NCBI GenBank assembly: GCA_009859145.1
Contig: VRVR01000014.1
Coordinates: forward strand, 251,618 to 315,617
Direction: 5' to 3'
DNA length: 64,000 bases
Source of the DNA: Andalucia godoyi And28
Lineage: Eukaryota > Protista > Jakobida
In this document: piece by piece, positions 62,877 through 64,000 of the stretch
Numbering within the stretch: the first letter of the stretch is position 1
How the letters are laid out: each line of letters starts with the position of its first letter
The notes under the pieces: model-generated
Database searches by the model: none
The model's input: only the letters and a program-made list of their open reading frames with translations
What the model was told of the DNA's origin: nothing
Position numbers and translations under genes: made by a program

Positions 62877-63542
62877 TCAAGAGTGTCCGATAAAAGGTAC
62901 GAACGCAACAGCCCCCAAATCCTCCCGCGTGACACTCCACTTGTCGTGAGTTCCGTGCTTGGTGACGAGCTCGAGCCGCTGCCCAAGTATGCTGTCTCGA
63001 TCACCAACTGGCATTATCAGTCGGCCACCGTCATCTAATTGCTGCATCAGCGCTGTGGGCACCTTACGCCCGCCTGCAGCAATGGTGATCGCTTGGAAGG
63101 GAGCGTGCTCCGGCCAGCCAAGGCCCCCGTCTCCCTGCTTCACCGTAACATTACCGTATCCAAGCCGCTTCATCCGCGCAGCAGCGACCTCTGCAAGCAC
63201 TGGCTGGTATTCGATGGCGTAGACCTCCTTTGCCATTAAGCTCATCACCGCAGAAGCATACCCGGACCCACACCCAACCTCCAGGACGCGGTCTGTCGGC
63301 TGGATACGGAGCGCTTCGTGCATCAGCGCAACAATGTACGGCTGTGATATTGTCTGTCCTTCCTCAATTGGCAGCGGTGAATCTGTGTATGCGAATGGTT
63401 TCATGTCCTCTGAAACGAACTCTTCTCGCGGAACTGCTCGCATTGCACTCAGCAGAGCCTTGTCCGTGATTCCACGAGCCTTAATTTGCTCATCCACCAT
63501 CCTGCCTCGCAACAGAGCTGGATCTGTGGAACCGTGCCGCAT
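62877..63542 (-). CDS. pcm: Protein-L-isoaspartate O-methyltransferase, bacterial Pcm-like
   Basis: AMRAVPREEFV, AYTDSPLPIEEGQTISQPYIVALM, VLEVGCGSGY, GDGGLGWPEHAPF, QLDDGGRLIMPVG, VAFVP. Confidence 0.95.
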   Translation of the reverse strand: MRHGSTDPALLRGRMVDEQIKARGITDKALLSAMRAVPREEFVSEDMKPFAYTDSPLPIEEGQTISQPYIVALMHEALRIQPTDRVLEVGCGSGYASAVMSLMAKEVYAIEYQPVLAEVAAARMKRLGYGNVTVKQGDGGLGWPEHAPFQAITIAAGGRKVPTALMQQLDDGGRLIMPVGDRDSILGQRLELVTKHGTHDKWSVTREDLGAVAFVPFIGHS

Positions 63543-64000
63543 TGTGTTGCCGACTGTTGAAAGATTAAAATGAAAAAGATGATCGATTCACGCGGAGTCG
63601 ATTCATCCAAATCAAATGATGCACAGTTCAGAAAGCAGGTATTATTTTTAATAATAATTAAAAAAAAGAATAGCACCCCCCGCTTCCCTCACGTCCACCC
63701 CTCCAGCCTCGGCACCCACCAAAACCGACCACCACCACCACCACCACACAACAAAAGACACTTCCAAGACGGAAAACTTGCACTACTGTCCGCGGCTGCG
63801 TGCAAACCCTCTCTCTTCAACAACACACGTCGCAGCAAGCAGCAGCGCCCTCCACGCGCCCCTCAAACTCAGTCAGTTGAATTGACAGTGGAAGCGGCGG
63901 TGGGAGGGGGTGTTTAGTTTGCCAGTCGTACACTAGCTTGTCTGGTCCCAACGTTCATAATTTTGCCACATTTGTTTTCGGGGTTTTGCACCCTTTCTGT

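Overview
Eukaryotic nuclear DNA from a very compact, intron-poor genome (roughly 50% GC coding sequence, short AT-rich or microsatellite-rich spacers, many head-to-head and tail-to-tail gene pairs). The gene content (FNIP, ERH, Roco, peptide deformylase, IQ/EF-hand and Dpy-30-like proteins) suggests a free-living flagellated protist; a jakobid/Discoba-type organism is plausible but cannot be confirmed from the sequence. About 33 protein-coding genes can be supported. Most are housekeeping: PIGA, NAA15, NUF2, XPR1/SYG1, RPN5, TM9SF, USP12/46, FNIP, HGH1, WDR89, Ras, ERH, PDF, RPS11, PSF2, ARV1, LYRM7, a crotonase, THOC2 and Pcm. Several are missing from or mis-modelled by the ORF track: PIGA runs off the left edge, a 35-aa SMIM30-like microprotein falls under the length cut-off, and six genes have a single 5'-proximal intron that I reconstructed by hand. 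No tRNA, rRNA, CRISPR array or intact transposon was recognised. Most interesting: (1) a kinase-less Roco protein with a Kelch-Roc-COR-helical tail architecture and an Asn in place of the G4 Asp; (2) a head-to-head pair of diverged paralogues from a family I do not recognise; (3) all six introns use GTAYGY donors with a pyrimidine at +4, which predicts a yeast-like spliceosome change; (4) a Ras GTPase without a CAAX box but with a Rit-like tail; (5) an FNIP with an N-myristoylation motif; (6) an apparent frameshift in THOC2; (7) a 3.5-kb stretch that looks like decayed genes. All homology calls come from motif recognition from memory, not from database searches.
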